A stretch of DNA of 54,170 bases, the filler included, from Jimgerdemannia flammicorona (lineage: Eukaryota), in the NCBI GenBank assembly GCA_003990765.1. It is 2 parts of 2 records of this genome, joined end to end, with 100 filler letters (N's around TTAATTAATTAA, not from the genome) between each part and the next. Parts side by side here need not be neighbours in the genome. Positions count along the whole stretch, not along the records: positions 1 to 27,038 come from RBNJ01000670.1; 1 more part is not named here. One strand, written 5' to 3'. The position numbers and the translations under genes were made by a program. Positions 1 through 13,210 of the stretch are shown here, piece by piece (position 1 is the first letter of the stretch; each line of letters begins with the position of its first letter). The notes under the pieces are model-generated. The model was not told the origin of the DNA. It searched no databases and saw only the letters and a program-made list of their open reading frames with translations.

Positions 1-1265
1 CCCCCCCCTATACTTTTATACTTAAATACCACTCTACCACCCACTACCCCAATTCTCCCCCCACTCTGCCCACAGATTTTCTCTACCAAGTAATGCTGCT
101 AACCACTCCACATCCTCCAACCTAACCATCAACCTGTCAGAATGTCCTCCATCAACCCTTCCCATCTCAACAGCCATACCCCTAAATCTAAATATCTCTT
201 TTTCTTAAAAACAAATAATTAGTGACCTACTAGTCCCACTCAAACAACCAATATCCAACCTATAGTAAGCCACTCCTTCTCCACCCCCTTCTCACTAATC
301 TATCTCTCAAATTCTCCCACTGACCCCTCTTACCATCCTCCCTATACACAATACCCAATTAATTTCCAACTACTAGCCAAAAATTGCTAAGAACCTCACA
401 CTCTCCCAGCCAATATTCTGATATCTGCACAAATCCCCCTTTCTGTCCTATATTGTAGTACTCCTCATAGTCAAAACTACCCCCCTCTATAAGATAGTCT
501 GAGCAAAAGTTGAGCATGACATTCCTCCATAGCATGTACTACCAGACCACTTAGTACTTCAGTGGCAGCTATCACTATGCCTCAGTACTCTAGGCCCAGA
601 CTCTATTCCAGTCTCACTCCTCTCCAATTCCAGCCAACTGCCATCTGCTGAGCCATAAATCCTGTCCTAGCTCCCTCTGGCACTCAACCCTATCACTAAT
701 ATCGAAATTAATTAGGGAGATACCCCTCAATAATACTCTGTACCATCTCTATATCACTGGGCCCCAAGGCATCTCTTCTTTATTTTCCCTCCAGCAAATT
801 CCAATATAGTACACCTCATCTGCTATCTCCTACCAGAAACCTTTGTACTACATGTACTCATTATTCTGAAGTTCAACTAAGAATAATAGATCTCCCATAG
901 AGCCTCTTAGTGAGAATCTTATCTTCTAGACCTTCTTCATCAGGAGAACCCAGCTACCCCCTCACAGCTCTATAGCTCTCTTTAGCCACCATACTCTCAG
1001 ACAGTACAGTCTCTTCAGAAAGTCAACCAGCCTAAGGCCCCCTCTAGCCACTGATAAAGACAAGATTTCCTGGCTAATCTGACTCCTTCTCCCAGTCCAG
1101 ATCCACCCCTTGACCAGTTTCAATAGTCTCTTTATCACCCAGGCTGGGAAGTCTAAGTGATAAGCCAAATACTACAACTTTGGTAGCCAGTAGATATTCA
1201 AAATTGAAACATGCTCTGCTAGAGATAAGTGATGTCCTCCTCAACTCTGCAGGGCCTCCCCTCAG
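1..1265 (-). mobile_element. 3' fragment of an L1/Tx1-like LINE ORF2 (same family as 28478-34348), decayed
   Basis: The reverse complement aligns by eye to ~32990-34210. ORF 962-1168 (AYHLDFPAWVIKRLLKLVKGWIW...GGLRLVDF...WWLKRAIEL) matches the translation at ~33085-33285 (AYHLDFLAWVVKRLVKVAKG*IW...WWLKRAVEL). CpG is nearly absent. Confidence 0.85.
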
Positions 1266-1269
1266 TAGT

Positions 1270-3900
1270 GGTGATTTTGTATAATAGTCTCTATATAGTA
1301 TGGTAGTTTTCTTATACAAACAGTCTGGTAATTTAGCAGTTTTCTTCCTAAGTAATGAGTAATCTCTATATAGTATAATGATCTTCAAAAGTATGCAATT
1401 TCTATATGATAATCTCTATATAGTATAAGTGGATTCCTTATGTAGGATGGTCTGGTAATTTAACAGTTTTCTTCTTAAGAAATAGATGATCTTGGCAAAT
1501 TTGACAGATAACTTGATTTGGTAGAGAGACCAGAGAGGTATTTTTATCTGCTCTTCTTCATATTCTTCATCTTCTTCTAAGATAATTCTTCTACTGATAT
1601 TTCTAGATAGTCTTTATATAGATCTCTTCCTTTTCTCTACTGAGTAAACTGTCTTTCTAGTGATGACCTTAACTAGGTATAGGTTCAGATTACTGTAATC
1701 TTTACTATTGTTTTCTTCTTTAAAGTCTTCAACTGAATAGTCTTTAGTCTTCTTATACTGGGTTTCATTCTTTCAATTTGATGATTTAGAGTCTCTTCAG
1801 TCACCTCTTCTATTATTACATTCTGTAGTATAGTGTCCAAACTATCCATAGTAGAAGTATTGAACTTGAGCTCTTCAGATAAGATATCTTCTTTCTTCTT
1901 ATGACTGATAGCTCCTATTGTCTTTAAGTAGATAATCTTAATTTCTTCATAGTGTATACCCTCTGTTATTCTGGAAATAGCTCTGATTTTTATATGTAGT
2001 GAGTTTTTTTTTAATTTGTCCAATCAATCAGTCTAACTTAGAATTAAGATCTTGAATTTTATTTCTTTCTTCTTCTATTTCTTGGCTGGCTTTCCTTCTT
2101 TAGATCTTTCTTATCCTTGGAGGAGTTCTTATAGAGTCTTAATCAAGAGGTATTTCTTATTATTCTTTTTATCATGATCACTCTAGGTGGTTTTTTTAGA
2201 GTGCAAACATACTGGAAAATATTTGGGGGAATTTCATTTATGAAAGTCATTAGATCTATAATGTCTTAGTTAGTGACATTGAGTCTAACTATATATATTC
2301 TTTTTTGAATTCTAGTAAAGAATGCTCTGGGTGATTCTTTGAGATTTATCCTCATTCCTATGATAGATTCTTAGATCTTGTAGCAAGTTTCATTTTCTAT
2401 ATATTTCTCAATAAGCTAATAGTTTGTGGCTTTATATTCTATTTCTCAGGTTACTACTATATAGATGGCTATTCTAAGGTCTAAATATATATCTCTTGCT
2501 ACTTAATTAAAAATTCTCATAGCTGATTCTCTAAGTTGAACCTTATAAATGACAATTTTTCTCTCAACAGAGAGGTTCTTTAGAGCTATAATTCCTTTAA
2601 TTCTATTAAGAAATTTTCTTGAATCTTCTTCTAGGTATTTTGCAAAGATTGATATTGAGGTGGTCATTTTGTCATTATTGTCTTCTGGTTCTGATTCTGA
2701 TTCTGATTCTAGTTCTAATTCTGATTCTAATTCTTCTTTTAAATTATTACTAGAACTTAGGATACTTGGGTATCCTAAGGATGATATTATTTATCTTAAA
2801 TAAGATATAGTAAGTCTGAGTATCTTTAAAGAAGCTACTTTTAGTCCTTTTAGTTCTATGGTTGCTAGTTCTAGTAGTGGTTCAATGAGAGAGACTGGTG
2901 TAACTTCTAAAGGAAATCAGACTTATATAATGAGATCTTCAAGTTCTTATATAAGCTTATTGAAGTTCTTAGTAGAGTTATTTGTATTATCTAGTTGATC
3001 CGATTGAGTCAAGTTTCTTAGTAGTGATAAATCTATTAGTATTATTTGAGAGTTCTATACTATACTGACTTTTGGTTGAGATCTTTCTAATGCTAAGTAA
3101 TTGGTAAGTCTTAAGATAATTACTTCTCTTTTTGTCTAAATACTAGTAATGACTAGTTCTTCTATAATAGTAGAGATTGGTATTATATTAAATATATCCA
3201 GTTTGACTGTGGGTTCTTGTGAGCTGAAAAGTCATATAGATTTTAAAATCTTTCTAGTTGGGTTCTAAATATAATATACTAACTCAATAGAGATAAATTA
3301 TAAGGTTAAGGGTTGATATAGTTTGACTTAAGTCTTTAGTTACTTTACTAATTTCTGGTATCCTTATTGATATTTAGTAGTATAATAGTTAAATCTAGAT
3401 ATAGTGGTGATTTGTATATAGTATAAGTGAGTTTTCTTCTTAGGTAGCAAACAATTTCTATATATATAACAATTATGATAGTCATAATTTAGACAATTTG
3501 ACAGTATTTTTTAAGCTAGTAAATTGGGTAGAGAACTCAGTTTAGCAGATAACTTAGATAATAACTCAAATAACTTGGATAGTAAATAATTCAATAACTT
3601 AGATAGTAGATAATATAGATTCTTTCTAAATCAGTAGACTTCTGGCTTTATCTGATAAGTATATCAAAATATAGTATATTTTTAGATAAAGTTATATTAA
3701 AGACTGGCTTCATTTATATAATATTATGTCAAGAGACTGGCTTCACTACAAAGTTGCATCAGATAGACCAGTTTTATGATTAGATAGTAGACTTTTTAAA
3801 TATGGTGACTTTTTCTTAAGTGGTAGATTTCTCTTTAAATAGTAGACTTTCTTATATCAGAAAGTAGACTAAAGTAGAAAAAGACAAAACTCACAACTTC
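1270..3900 (-). mobile_element. Heavily mutated LTR-retrotransposon relic (gag-like region plus upstream/LTR-like part)
   Basis: Minus-strand translation of ~2270-2650 reads KYLEEDSRKFLNRIKGII...KIVIYKVQLRESA...ESPRAFFTRIQKR, a gag capsid-like pattern with many stops. 2260-3195 aligns to 25030-25990 and ~3260-3890 aligns to ~23090-23890, so it is a dispersed repeat. Confidence 0.65.
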
Positions 3901-4449
3901 TTGGTAGTAGCTTATTAGCAGATTTCTCCTCCTAAATATACTAAATAATTGACTTTTGCTTTAGTTTATATTTCAGACTAAGATTATTCACTCTTATCTC
4001 TGAGATATTTTATATAGATTAGTTGCTATCTGATTACTATATAGCTAACTATAGATTACTATTTATAATATATTTGAGATAACATTCACTATCAGGATAA
4101 TATTTACTATTAGAGTAATATTTACTATTAATAATGTTCTCTTCTTTAGCTATCTGGATTATTTATATAAGTTAATATATGTAGTAGAGCAGTTTTAATT
4201 GCCTAATACTCTAAATATAATATATATATGGCTAAATTATAGTAATAAATTCAGATAGCAGCTTGGTATATTTTTCTGCTAACTTATTATAATATATTTA
4301 TAATTATTTTATAGTTATTGCTTAGTTTTATTATATTCTTATATTTTTACTTATATTACATTCTTATATATTATCTCATTGAGTAGGAGTGTTGAAATTA
4401 TTATATCTTAATAATTTGTAGTTTATATATAACTATATTATCCTTAATT

Positions 4450-4802
4450 ATATTACTGATTCTAATATATAAATACATACTATCTGGAAGAATAAAAAAT
4501 GCTCTTCTTTACTCTTTCTCAGTATCTATTCTATATTTATAATAATAATTAAGATATAAATATTATAACAGAATAGTATAAAGAAGATTTATAAACTTTA
4601 GAAATTATTAAAATAGGAGACAAAGTTCTGATATATTAGAATATAGTAGAAGCTTCATAGTTACAAAAACTAAAGCCCAAGAGAAAAAGACCTTATCTTG
4701 TATAAAATATAAAAAGAATTATCTTTTGGCTATAAAAACTATCAAACATAATTATTTCTACTATTATTAATCAAAACTGACTTAATAAGTATTATAATTA
4801 AT
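4450..4802 (+). mobile_element. Decayed Ty3/Gypsy integrase C-terminal (GPY/F) fragment
   Basis: The plus frame reads IKIGDKVLIY*NIVEAS*LQKLKPKRKRPYLV*NIK...INQN*LNKYYN. This parallels the integrase tail at 48929-49140 (IGQKVLVYCTNIEGNWSAKLEPKWEGLYLI...IHCNHIRLYY). Confidence 0.7.
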
Positions 4803-5399
4803 CAATAAAGTACTGTTTTGGCCCTTAAGATCATATGTAAATACTACTTAGTAAGCTATAGAAAGATAATGATATTCTACTAAGTTGTTAATTATAAAGA
4901 ATTCTTTTGATAGTATTCAAAACATTGTATAGATCCACCTATTATATATCTTATACTTTAGAGCCTACTAGAACTATACTGAGTTTTAAGAGTACTTTAA
5001 GTTAGAATAATTATTAAATAAGAAGAACATAACTAAAGAAGAGTAAATTGCTGAGTACTAGATATCTTACACTCAAATCACTATTACTAAATAGGTTTAC
5101 AAACTACTCAAGAATAATGAGTAAGCTCTGGCTTATTTCTGAGGAGTAGCTCTAGGAGATTTCTAGTAAGTAAAGAGATATTATTGAGAAAATATAATTG
5201 AGTAGATTATATAGGACAAGAATATATAATTGGTCAAAATATAGGAGTTTGAATAAGGTAATTTAGAGATAAAATCACTAAGAAAGTTGTAATAGTTGAT
5301 CTGAATAAGAATATAATTAAAAGATAAATATTTAATCATAGTATCTAAATTTAATTTCTGATATAGTATAGTATTATATAGTTTAGTAGTCACTTGATC

Positions 5400-6600
5400 T
5401 CTCAGTTATATAATTTACATAGTTTTACAAAACTTATATAGCCCCTTTCTCTGCTATCTTACCAATCATATTGATTTGGTAGGCAACCTTCTGAGTCTAC
5501 TTCTCATAATTATTACCCCCTCTACCTTGGGTTAGTTTGCTGTACCTGTTGCAGAATAGTGAGAAGGAGGCAATAGTGATGAATTGCTTCTTTATTGATA
5601 TTAGATTGGTGTCTTCTCCACTTTTTCACAATTTCTGATACCTTTGGCTATATCTGAGGTATACTTATTTTGGTGTGGTGCCTTCTTCCTTTTGTTGTTA
5701 TCAATAAGGTATTATCTTGGTATATTATAGACTATATAGAGAGTCAGCCAACCTTGGACATCAAGTGCCCAGTGTAGGTTATCTGCAGATCCTTGGTACC
5801 TATAGTAGAGCCCTCTGGCTTTGGCAAGCTTCCCAGTGAGCATAGTTCTAGCATAGGTGACTATTTTTTGAGTATTGTTAGGATGAGAGAGGAGATGGCT
5901 GTTATAGATGGGAGAAAGGGTGATAATGGTAAACCAGTGAGGTGCCAGGCTGGGGGCAGTTGTCAGGGCTGGAGCAGGTGCTACTTTGGGGGCCTTTTGA
6001 TTGGTGTAGAGTGGTTAGGTAGTAGGTAACACTCTTGGCTTCTTTTGGTGATTTGGTGGGTTGGGCCCTGGTCATTGGGGGGGGGTCAGGGGGCCCAAAG
6101 CTATCCATTTCAGGCATCTTGACTGTACTCAACTAGAATCAGAAGCTGACATAGCAATGTGATCAAGGCTTATAGGCTTAAGTAGTGGGGTATTGAGGGT
6201 CTCCTTCTGTCTTATATATAAGTCCTCTACTCATCTCATCTAGGAGAACCAGGCCCTACCCACTGTGATATACTTTGATGAGGATTTTTTCTTTATCTGT
6301 CATTCCCTTTGGGGTGGCAGAGACTAGTCTCTATTCAGCTTAAGTATGGCCTTATATATACATTAGAGTTTTGGGCATGTGTTTTCAGTCATAAGTATAT
6401 AGCTAAGTTCTCTCTGATAGTAGAAAGAGCATGATGTACAGAATGAGGTACAGGCTAATATAGGCTCTGCTGTGTCTGGTATGGTTGAGCTGCTGGATAA
6501 TAGTTAGTCTAGATTTATAGGGGGGCAGTGCTTGGTGAGTGACGGGGGAGGGTTTTGGCCTATATAGTCTAGGTTCCCTTCTAATAAAAATCTGTAGGAC
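5400..6600 (-). mobile_element. Probable 5' part of another retroelement (LTR-like segment from 6158 upward, Pro-rich gag-like start at ~6130)
   Basis: CpG-depleted. TGTGATC at 6158 gives a ...GATCACA end on the minus strand, with a TATA-like TATATATAA at ~6213. A stop-riddled Pro-rich frame (MPEMDSFGPPDPPP...) follows. No diagnostic catalytic motif was seen. Confidence 0.35.
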
Positions 6601-6721
6601 ATTGAGTCTATTAAAAAAAAAAAAATATATATATATATACAAAACTTATGATTATATAGATTATATAGATATACAGATCTCTCAACTATATAAAATGACT
6701 CACAAGAAAAGAAGTCTGAAC

Positions 6722-6943
6722 TTAGCTACCATATAGCTAGCAAACTTGTATAAATATTCCTAATATCTAGAGTTAATAAATCTCAGATTAAAATAGTTTA
6801 AGCAAAGAGATAAGAAACTAGTAAGCCTGCAAGTAGATATACTTTAAACTTATATTTGAGGACTCTAAAGAGTCAAAGAAGATCAAGTATTTAAGATAAA
6901 AAAATCTACCATACTTCTGCTAGTATATGTCTACTATATTATA
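6722..6943 (+). mobile_element. Decayed partial or solo LTR related to the LTR at 25994-26452
   Basis: Aligns to 26205-26452 (TATA core agctagcaaacttgtataaata, then aataaa, ending gtctactatattata versus gtccactacattaca), with many C->T and G->A changes. Confidence 0.8.
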
Positions 6944-6964
6944 ATGCTTATAGTTATATAATTA

Positions 6965-7126
6965 ATAATTATCAAACTTAAGAATATATTTATTATATAT
7001 ATTTTTTTTAATTATTATATTAAATTTAATTTAAATATAAATTCTCAATTCTATTCAATTTGAATAAATCCCAATTTGATCTAATTCAATTCATTTTAAT
7101 TCATTTTAATTCATTTGAAAGCACTA
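6965..7126. mobile_element. Partial copy (right end) of the hAT-type MITE family at 22639-22987
   Basis: Ends ...attcatttgaaagcacta (7126), compared with ...attcatttggaagtacta (22987). It shares the ttcaatttga subterminal motifs. Confidence 0.6.
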
Positions 7127-8470
7127 ACGGGTATCTAGCAGATATATATTTAAATGGTTTATAAGAAATTTATAGTAAGCAGAAAGAAACTTAAATATAC
7201 ATTCAATGTTTTCATTGCTTAAATAACACTCACTCAAGTGATCTTCAAGCAATATTCAAAGGGATAGCATTCAAGTGCATGTGAGATAATTGAAAAGACC
7301 CTTAGTATACCGCTACAGGTGCACCTCAGCTTGCACTTAACATCCACTTGAGCAGCATTTCAATTTTGAGACGTGAAGAGTGCGCATCGCATGCTATTAC
7401 CGTCACGTAATGAATAAAATTGAACTACGATATACGTGACCCTTCTATCGAGAGGCTGCAGAAACTTCTTTTCAATGACGCCAGGCTTCAAACAACAGGA
7501 CGAAGCGACCGGCTGCGTTTTATTTATTTTTTTTTATTTTTTTTAAAATATATATATATATTTCACTTAGCATTAAACAACATAACATGGCTGTATCAAT
7601 AAAATTCGAATGATCAAAGCTCCAATCCTAGCATATCGCTAGCATCATTTTATGTCCTTTTCCCTTCCCCATCGCCGATAAAGCTCGCAACAATTCAAGG
7701 GCGCTCAAGTACAGGTGATATTCGCATTGTTGCCAAATTCCCGAGAAACTCAATATACAGGCACCGCGAGCTTGTAATCTCTCGAGTGTTTCGTAAAGGA
7801 AAACGCTACAAGCTCACGTGACGTGGCACTGTCGCTTGTGATAGGAACGATGTTTGACAGTCGGGTATGCAGTACGCTGCATGCAACTCATCTCTTATCG
7901 ATTGTTGCATGTACAATTTGACACCAGTCTTAGTCGTTGATGCACCATGCAGATGAGCTCACTTTCGCGAACAAAATTCGAGGCTGAGAATAAGGTCTCT
8001 TTGCAGTTGGAGGCTGATCCGGCGTAGTGTCTAGAGATTGTTTGTACAAAGTAAGAGCTTTTCCTTCATTAAGTTAGTTATCTGTTTCTGTTTCGTCGAG
8101 GTACGATCGTCGATTTACAGTTCGCTTCAGGTAATAAAGCAAAGAGCAACCATTCACGGTATATTGGATTTCTTTCATACAAATGCAACGCATTGCCATT
8201 ACCGTCCTGATTGGCCTTTTTACTAAACACTCGAACGGACCTCGAAGATGGCCCAGATATAACACGACGCAAATCCAAATTTCGAAACACATATAAATGG
8301 TGTTATATGAAACAAATATATTCAGACGATGGCGATTGCTCTTTCTATGCTTGCGGCGTACGCAAGTATTAGGTATTACAGTACCATTCCATTTTTGCAG
8401 CCAGAAAAACAACGTAAGTAGGCTTTAAATACAATACATCAGGAAGAATGGACACACGGAAGCTTTAAAA

Positions 8471-9415
8471 TTACAAAAGCAGAGAGGCGACCAGGGGAGC
8501 AATGGCGGCAAAGGCGAAGACCGGGGCGAGCGAGGAGCCGGTATTGGGCTTCGCGGTGGACGAGGTCGAGGTCGAGGTCGAGTTGGCGGAGACGGAGGCC
8601 GCAGCGACCGAGACCGAGGAGGCAGGGATGGTGCCCTTCAGGGAGGCAGCCGTTGGGGCAGAAGACGCGGCAGTGCTGGTCGGGGGATTAGTACCGGAAG
8701 AGGTGACGGCGGCGGCGGCGGGGGTGCTCGCAGCGGAGAAACTTATGGTACCGTTGCCACTGTTTACGTGGAAGGGGTGAGAGTACGAGCTGTAGGTTCC
8801 AAAATAACAGTGGGGTATGATTGATAAGCGACGGGGTTTGATCTGATGACGATGAAGAACACAAAGAGCGTTGACCAGTGTCCGAATTAGATATCTCGTG
8901 CGGCGCAATATACTTACGTGACGTTACCATCAGAGATCATGACGGACCAGGAGTCCGAGGCCGGAACGGTGGTGGGGCAAGTCCAAGTGTAACTGAGGGC
9001 GTTGCCGGAGACGTTCGTAGCGATGATCCTGTAGACGGTTTGCGTCTGAGGGGTGGGCCCGTTCAGAAGTTTGATGGAGATATCTTTGTCAGACCCATCG
9101 GTCCAGGTAATCTTGTAGGTCTTGCCTGTTCGTAGTAAAGTCGATAGGAGGGATTCGTCCAATTAGTACATGGTCGTCGGTCGCAATACATGCATCAATT
9201 GAGATTTGTAACTTACCAGCTTGCCAAGTGGTGTTCTCTGAATAAAATAAAATAAAGTAAAAAGATCGTGGAAATTTTTAGCATCTGTAATGACAGAATA
9301 TCTCTCAAGTTGGTAAATCTTGTCTTTACTTACCGACGGGGTTTGTGATGAAGTAATTTTGAGCAGTAGCGAAGGTGACGAACGCAAGCAGAGCGACGAT
9401 GATGGAGGCCTTCAT
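8471..9415 (-). CDS. Secreted Ser/Thr-rich GPI-anchored protein with Kre9/Knh1-like N-terminal Ig-like domain, 209 aa
   Basis: Exons 9415-9334, 9237-9217 (21 nt), 9125-8918 and 8789-8471; all introns GT-AG and in phase (630 nt). The protein has a signal peptide MKASIIVALLAFVTFATA, then ITNPVENTTWQAGKTYKITW...YTWTCP...SYSHPFHV, an S/T/A-rich stalk, and a hydrophobic GPI-type tail (NTGSSLAPVFAFAAIAPLVASLLL). Confidence 0.9.
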
Positions 9416-11658
9416 TTTCAGTATAGGGTAGAGTGCGATGAGGAGTGTGGAGGAGGAGGAGGAGAGCAGAGATGAGAGTTGAAGGTGAAGAAAGAGAGAA
9501 GTGGGGAACGAGGCCGAAGAAAAAGCATTTCCAATCGGCTGGGATGAAATGCGGCAATGTTCCACGTTCCAAACCTTACCATATCTGGCAAGCTGTGCGA
9601 GACAAGGGACTCCCCGACTGGTTCCAATTAATAAATTTCGTGATCGCAAAGTTGCTACCGAACACCGTTCGGACCTGTCTACTTCCTCCAGTTTTTGACA
9701 TTGCATGTGCCATTTATCCCCGACGACCGACCACCCCCTTGAGCCATATCGGTTCTACTATCATGGGAGAACTCCGTTTATGATAACAAAATCTGTCATG
9801 GACGACCCCGAAGTCCGTAATCATAGAAGTGAGCCAATGAGAACGCCCCGCTCATCTGGAATGGACGGACGATCCGGAGCAGTCTAATATACTCATGCAA
9901 GGATCACGTCCCGGAAAGCATATGCCGTTAGCTTGATCTGACAGGTCGGAAATTTCGAGATTCCCCTTATGGTTGCTCGTGATACCTGAGTCGGGATGAG
10001 CCATGTACTTGGTTGGTGGCTCGCGTAACAACCATTAAACTTCATTCTCACGACAAGATACGTAACCCGCATGCCCTCCTCACTTTCCGCCCTATCCGAT
10101 TGCCTCGTGCGGTTTAATTATTACTTTCAAAAATAAATAAATAAAAAAGAATATATAGAAATCGTTGCTCACACAATAGCATGTTTGGCACGTCTCTTTT
10201 TCCACCGTGCGATGCCCACTAGGTTGGGCTTTTGGTTTTCTGACATTGGGAATCCCGTGGTGGTTTTAGTCGCACTCCACTGATCTGGGTCCGCCTAAAA
10301 CTCAGATTAGTCTACCAAAAATGACAAGTGTGATGTTAAGGAGACTGCCGCTCTTCCCCGCTCTCAACTTTTGGCTAGGCATGCCTTCACCTCACCCTCA
10401 GCATTTGCCATGGACGGCATCAGGTTAGTATGACCAGGGACTGCTGGCTGACTTCCCCGTGTCCAGAAAGGGAGATGCTTTGCCGGTCATGGAAGTTTCG
10501 GCAAACCATCTCTGTATGTGTGTAGCGAGGGGTTTGGAACCGCCCAGCGCTTCTATTTTTTGATCTAGTAAAGCACATTGGACATACCCTGCACCTCCTT
10601 CGTTAAATACTCTTTATAGATCAAGCTAGCTTCATCTGTTGTTATAAAACAAATGCCATTCTTTTGAGCCAGAGAAATGGTGAAAGAGAACGGCGCGAAG
10701 TAAACCACAGGTTTTGACCTCGTTGGAGATAAAGTTTTTTTTTTTTTTTTTTTTTTAAGGGGGGGAGGGGTTCTCATACTGCCTTTTCTCTCATGTAACA
10801 TAATCGGATAAAAACTAATCTCACGCAACTAATACTGCACGCGCGTGCGTCTACTTTTCCCACCTTTGCTCGCATGCATTGGCCTTGCGTTACCGGCTCG
10901 ATTTCTTGCTTTTCCATTCACCATTAAAGAGTGGATCACGTGCGATAGACAGTAAATAAACAGTACAGTACACAGCAGACGGATGAGAGATAATGGGAGA
11001 AAGATATTCGACTATGGATCCTTGTGCATAAAAGTCACAAATCTAAGGAAGAAATGAAATCACCGCCAATTATTGTTGGGCGAGGTTCGAGCCAACCCAA
11101 CAACTTCATACTCAACATACCGCATCCATCCAATGAGACGACCTGTGTCGATTCACTCCCTCTTATATCTTGTATTCCAACTCTTGCCTTTGCATGACAC
11201 CCACGTAGTTAGCAGGACCTTGTGCGGCGAGAGAGAAAATGGAAAGAACCCCCTAGATTCAAACATAATAGCCACTTGGACCGCGTGCAGAAATTCACCG
11301 TTATCAAGCGCACCGGTGCTGGATGATATCAAAATACAAGGAAAATGAAAGAAGGACCGAAAGGAGACCGAATGACCGGAAAAAAAAAAATAAAAATAAA
11401 ATAAAAATAAAAATACCTCTGCATACAACGATATGGTAGCGTATGTATTTGCTGGTACCGTACAAAATCCGTGGACGCTTGGATCCCAACATCGTTTGAG
11501 AATTTTATGGTACATCTGGGATCAGCTCTTCGCGGCGGTTTCCTAAGTGGTCTGAAACTGAAAAGGTTGGTGTCACAAGGTATAAATAAGGGTGTCCGAG
11601 TAATCATATTCAATACCATATGGCGTATATATGTACAGATGAAATAATGTAATTAATA

Positions 11659-12026
11659 CTAACGTTTGTCATCATCGATGGTTTCATGGCTAATTTCGGA
11701 CGTTCTGCTATCTGCCGTAACCTTGAACACTTTCTTTATTTTATTTGCAATCCCGGATGAAACATTTTTCGGGCCTCTAATATGTTGCTTTAGGGTCCGA
11801 CAGGTTTGGTCATTACGCAGGAGGCAAATCACGTCCTTCTCGTACGTAGATCCAGGCTCTGTTGCTTGGGGAGTAGGCTCGGATAGAGGCTTGGATAGAG
11901 GTGGGGTTGGCACGACTGACAATGTAGAGGTGGATGGACGCCGCTGTACCTGCAACGAAGTATGCTTGGTGAACAGAAAGAGCCGTTAGGGAGAGGATTT
12001 TCACAGTGCATTACAGTCCCTGGCAT
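11659..12026 (-). CDS. Small hypothetical protein, 100 aa (MPGTVQRRPSTSTLS...DDDKR)
   Basis: Exon 12026-12015 (ATG CCA GGG ACT), a 65-nt intron (GTAATG...CTAAC...TTGCAG), and exon 11949-11659 in phase 0. No recognisable domain. Confidence 0.55.
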
Positions 12027-13210
12027 TCTGCTTAAGGAGATCTTAAGTACTGCGAAGCTTCCCAATAATATTTAAGTAGTTATTTAAACCAGTCTATTAT
12101 TTTAAGTGATACTTTATAGCAACAGATACTTAATATCAGAGGGATTCCATATGGATTCATTTCTAATGATCATTACTTAAAAATCAAGCTTTTTAAAACT
12201 TGACCAACAATATGAATTTTCGACACTCACGCTGATCACGTGACACATCAGTCACATATATAAGCCCACAGCGATTACTATTTGTAGCAAATAAAGTCAA
12301 CCCAAGGACACGTAAAAAGGTTGGGTCCGAGACTCAAGAATCCGAGAAACTGCGGCAAACCAGAATGCAGAATATCAGAACGCACTTCCTCAACGCAGAA
12401 ATTACGTATGACCAGGCCTCCTAGATGCAAGTCGACGAGCTCCCTTATTACGATCCAAATATATGTGAGATTGTTGAAAGGATCACTATTATATATCCAT
12501 CTCAACTTGCACTCCACTTGAGATTCCCTTCAATTTTTGGCTAGGAATCGTGAAGTATCTCAAAACGAAAAGGAACAAGGCAAGATGAAAAGGAATACTG
12601 CGAGGCAAGACGAAAAGGAACAATGCGAGGCAAGCCTTACAAAATGATAGCAAGAAAAAAAGGAGCAACACAAGGCGGAGGATAAGGAGCAATGCTCGGC
12701 AATAGCCGTTAGCCATCATCCACAAATTCTTGTATACGGTTATTTTTTTTATTTTTTTTTATTTTTTTTTTTGGTGTTGAGGCTGCTGTGGATAACACCT
12801 TGTGATAATCCAAACTCAAACATTGGGACGCCTTCTCACTTCTTGCGTGGAGTTATGGTTCCAAAATCAACAACACGCAGCGTATGAAGCCCCAAACCCT
12901 TATACCCAACAACACGAGAACATTGATAAAGAGAATCATTGCCTTTTAATCGCATACATGGCATGCGACACCATTATTGATCAGATTATAAGAAATCCCC
13001 CAAAAAATACTAGTTGTAATCAACAAAACAAAAACATTGCAATTGTAATAAGGAAAAGCTAAACGAAACTGTACAATGCGACGCGGACCGACCGGAAGTC
13101 CCCGCACGCAACCATCCACCACGCCCACGCTCGCGATCACTTGGAGTCAGTATACAGCACGAAGCCCGCCTCCTCGCCCGCTACTGCCGCCAACCTTCCC
13201 ACCTCCACGC

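Noticed and set aside
12555..12720. Short ~23-bp imperfect repeats (gaaaaggaacaatgcgaggcaaga) and overlapping ORFs
   Set aside because: Only a few degenerate copies, frames are not maintained, and no gene model could be built.
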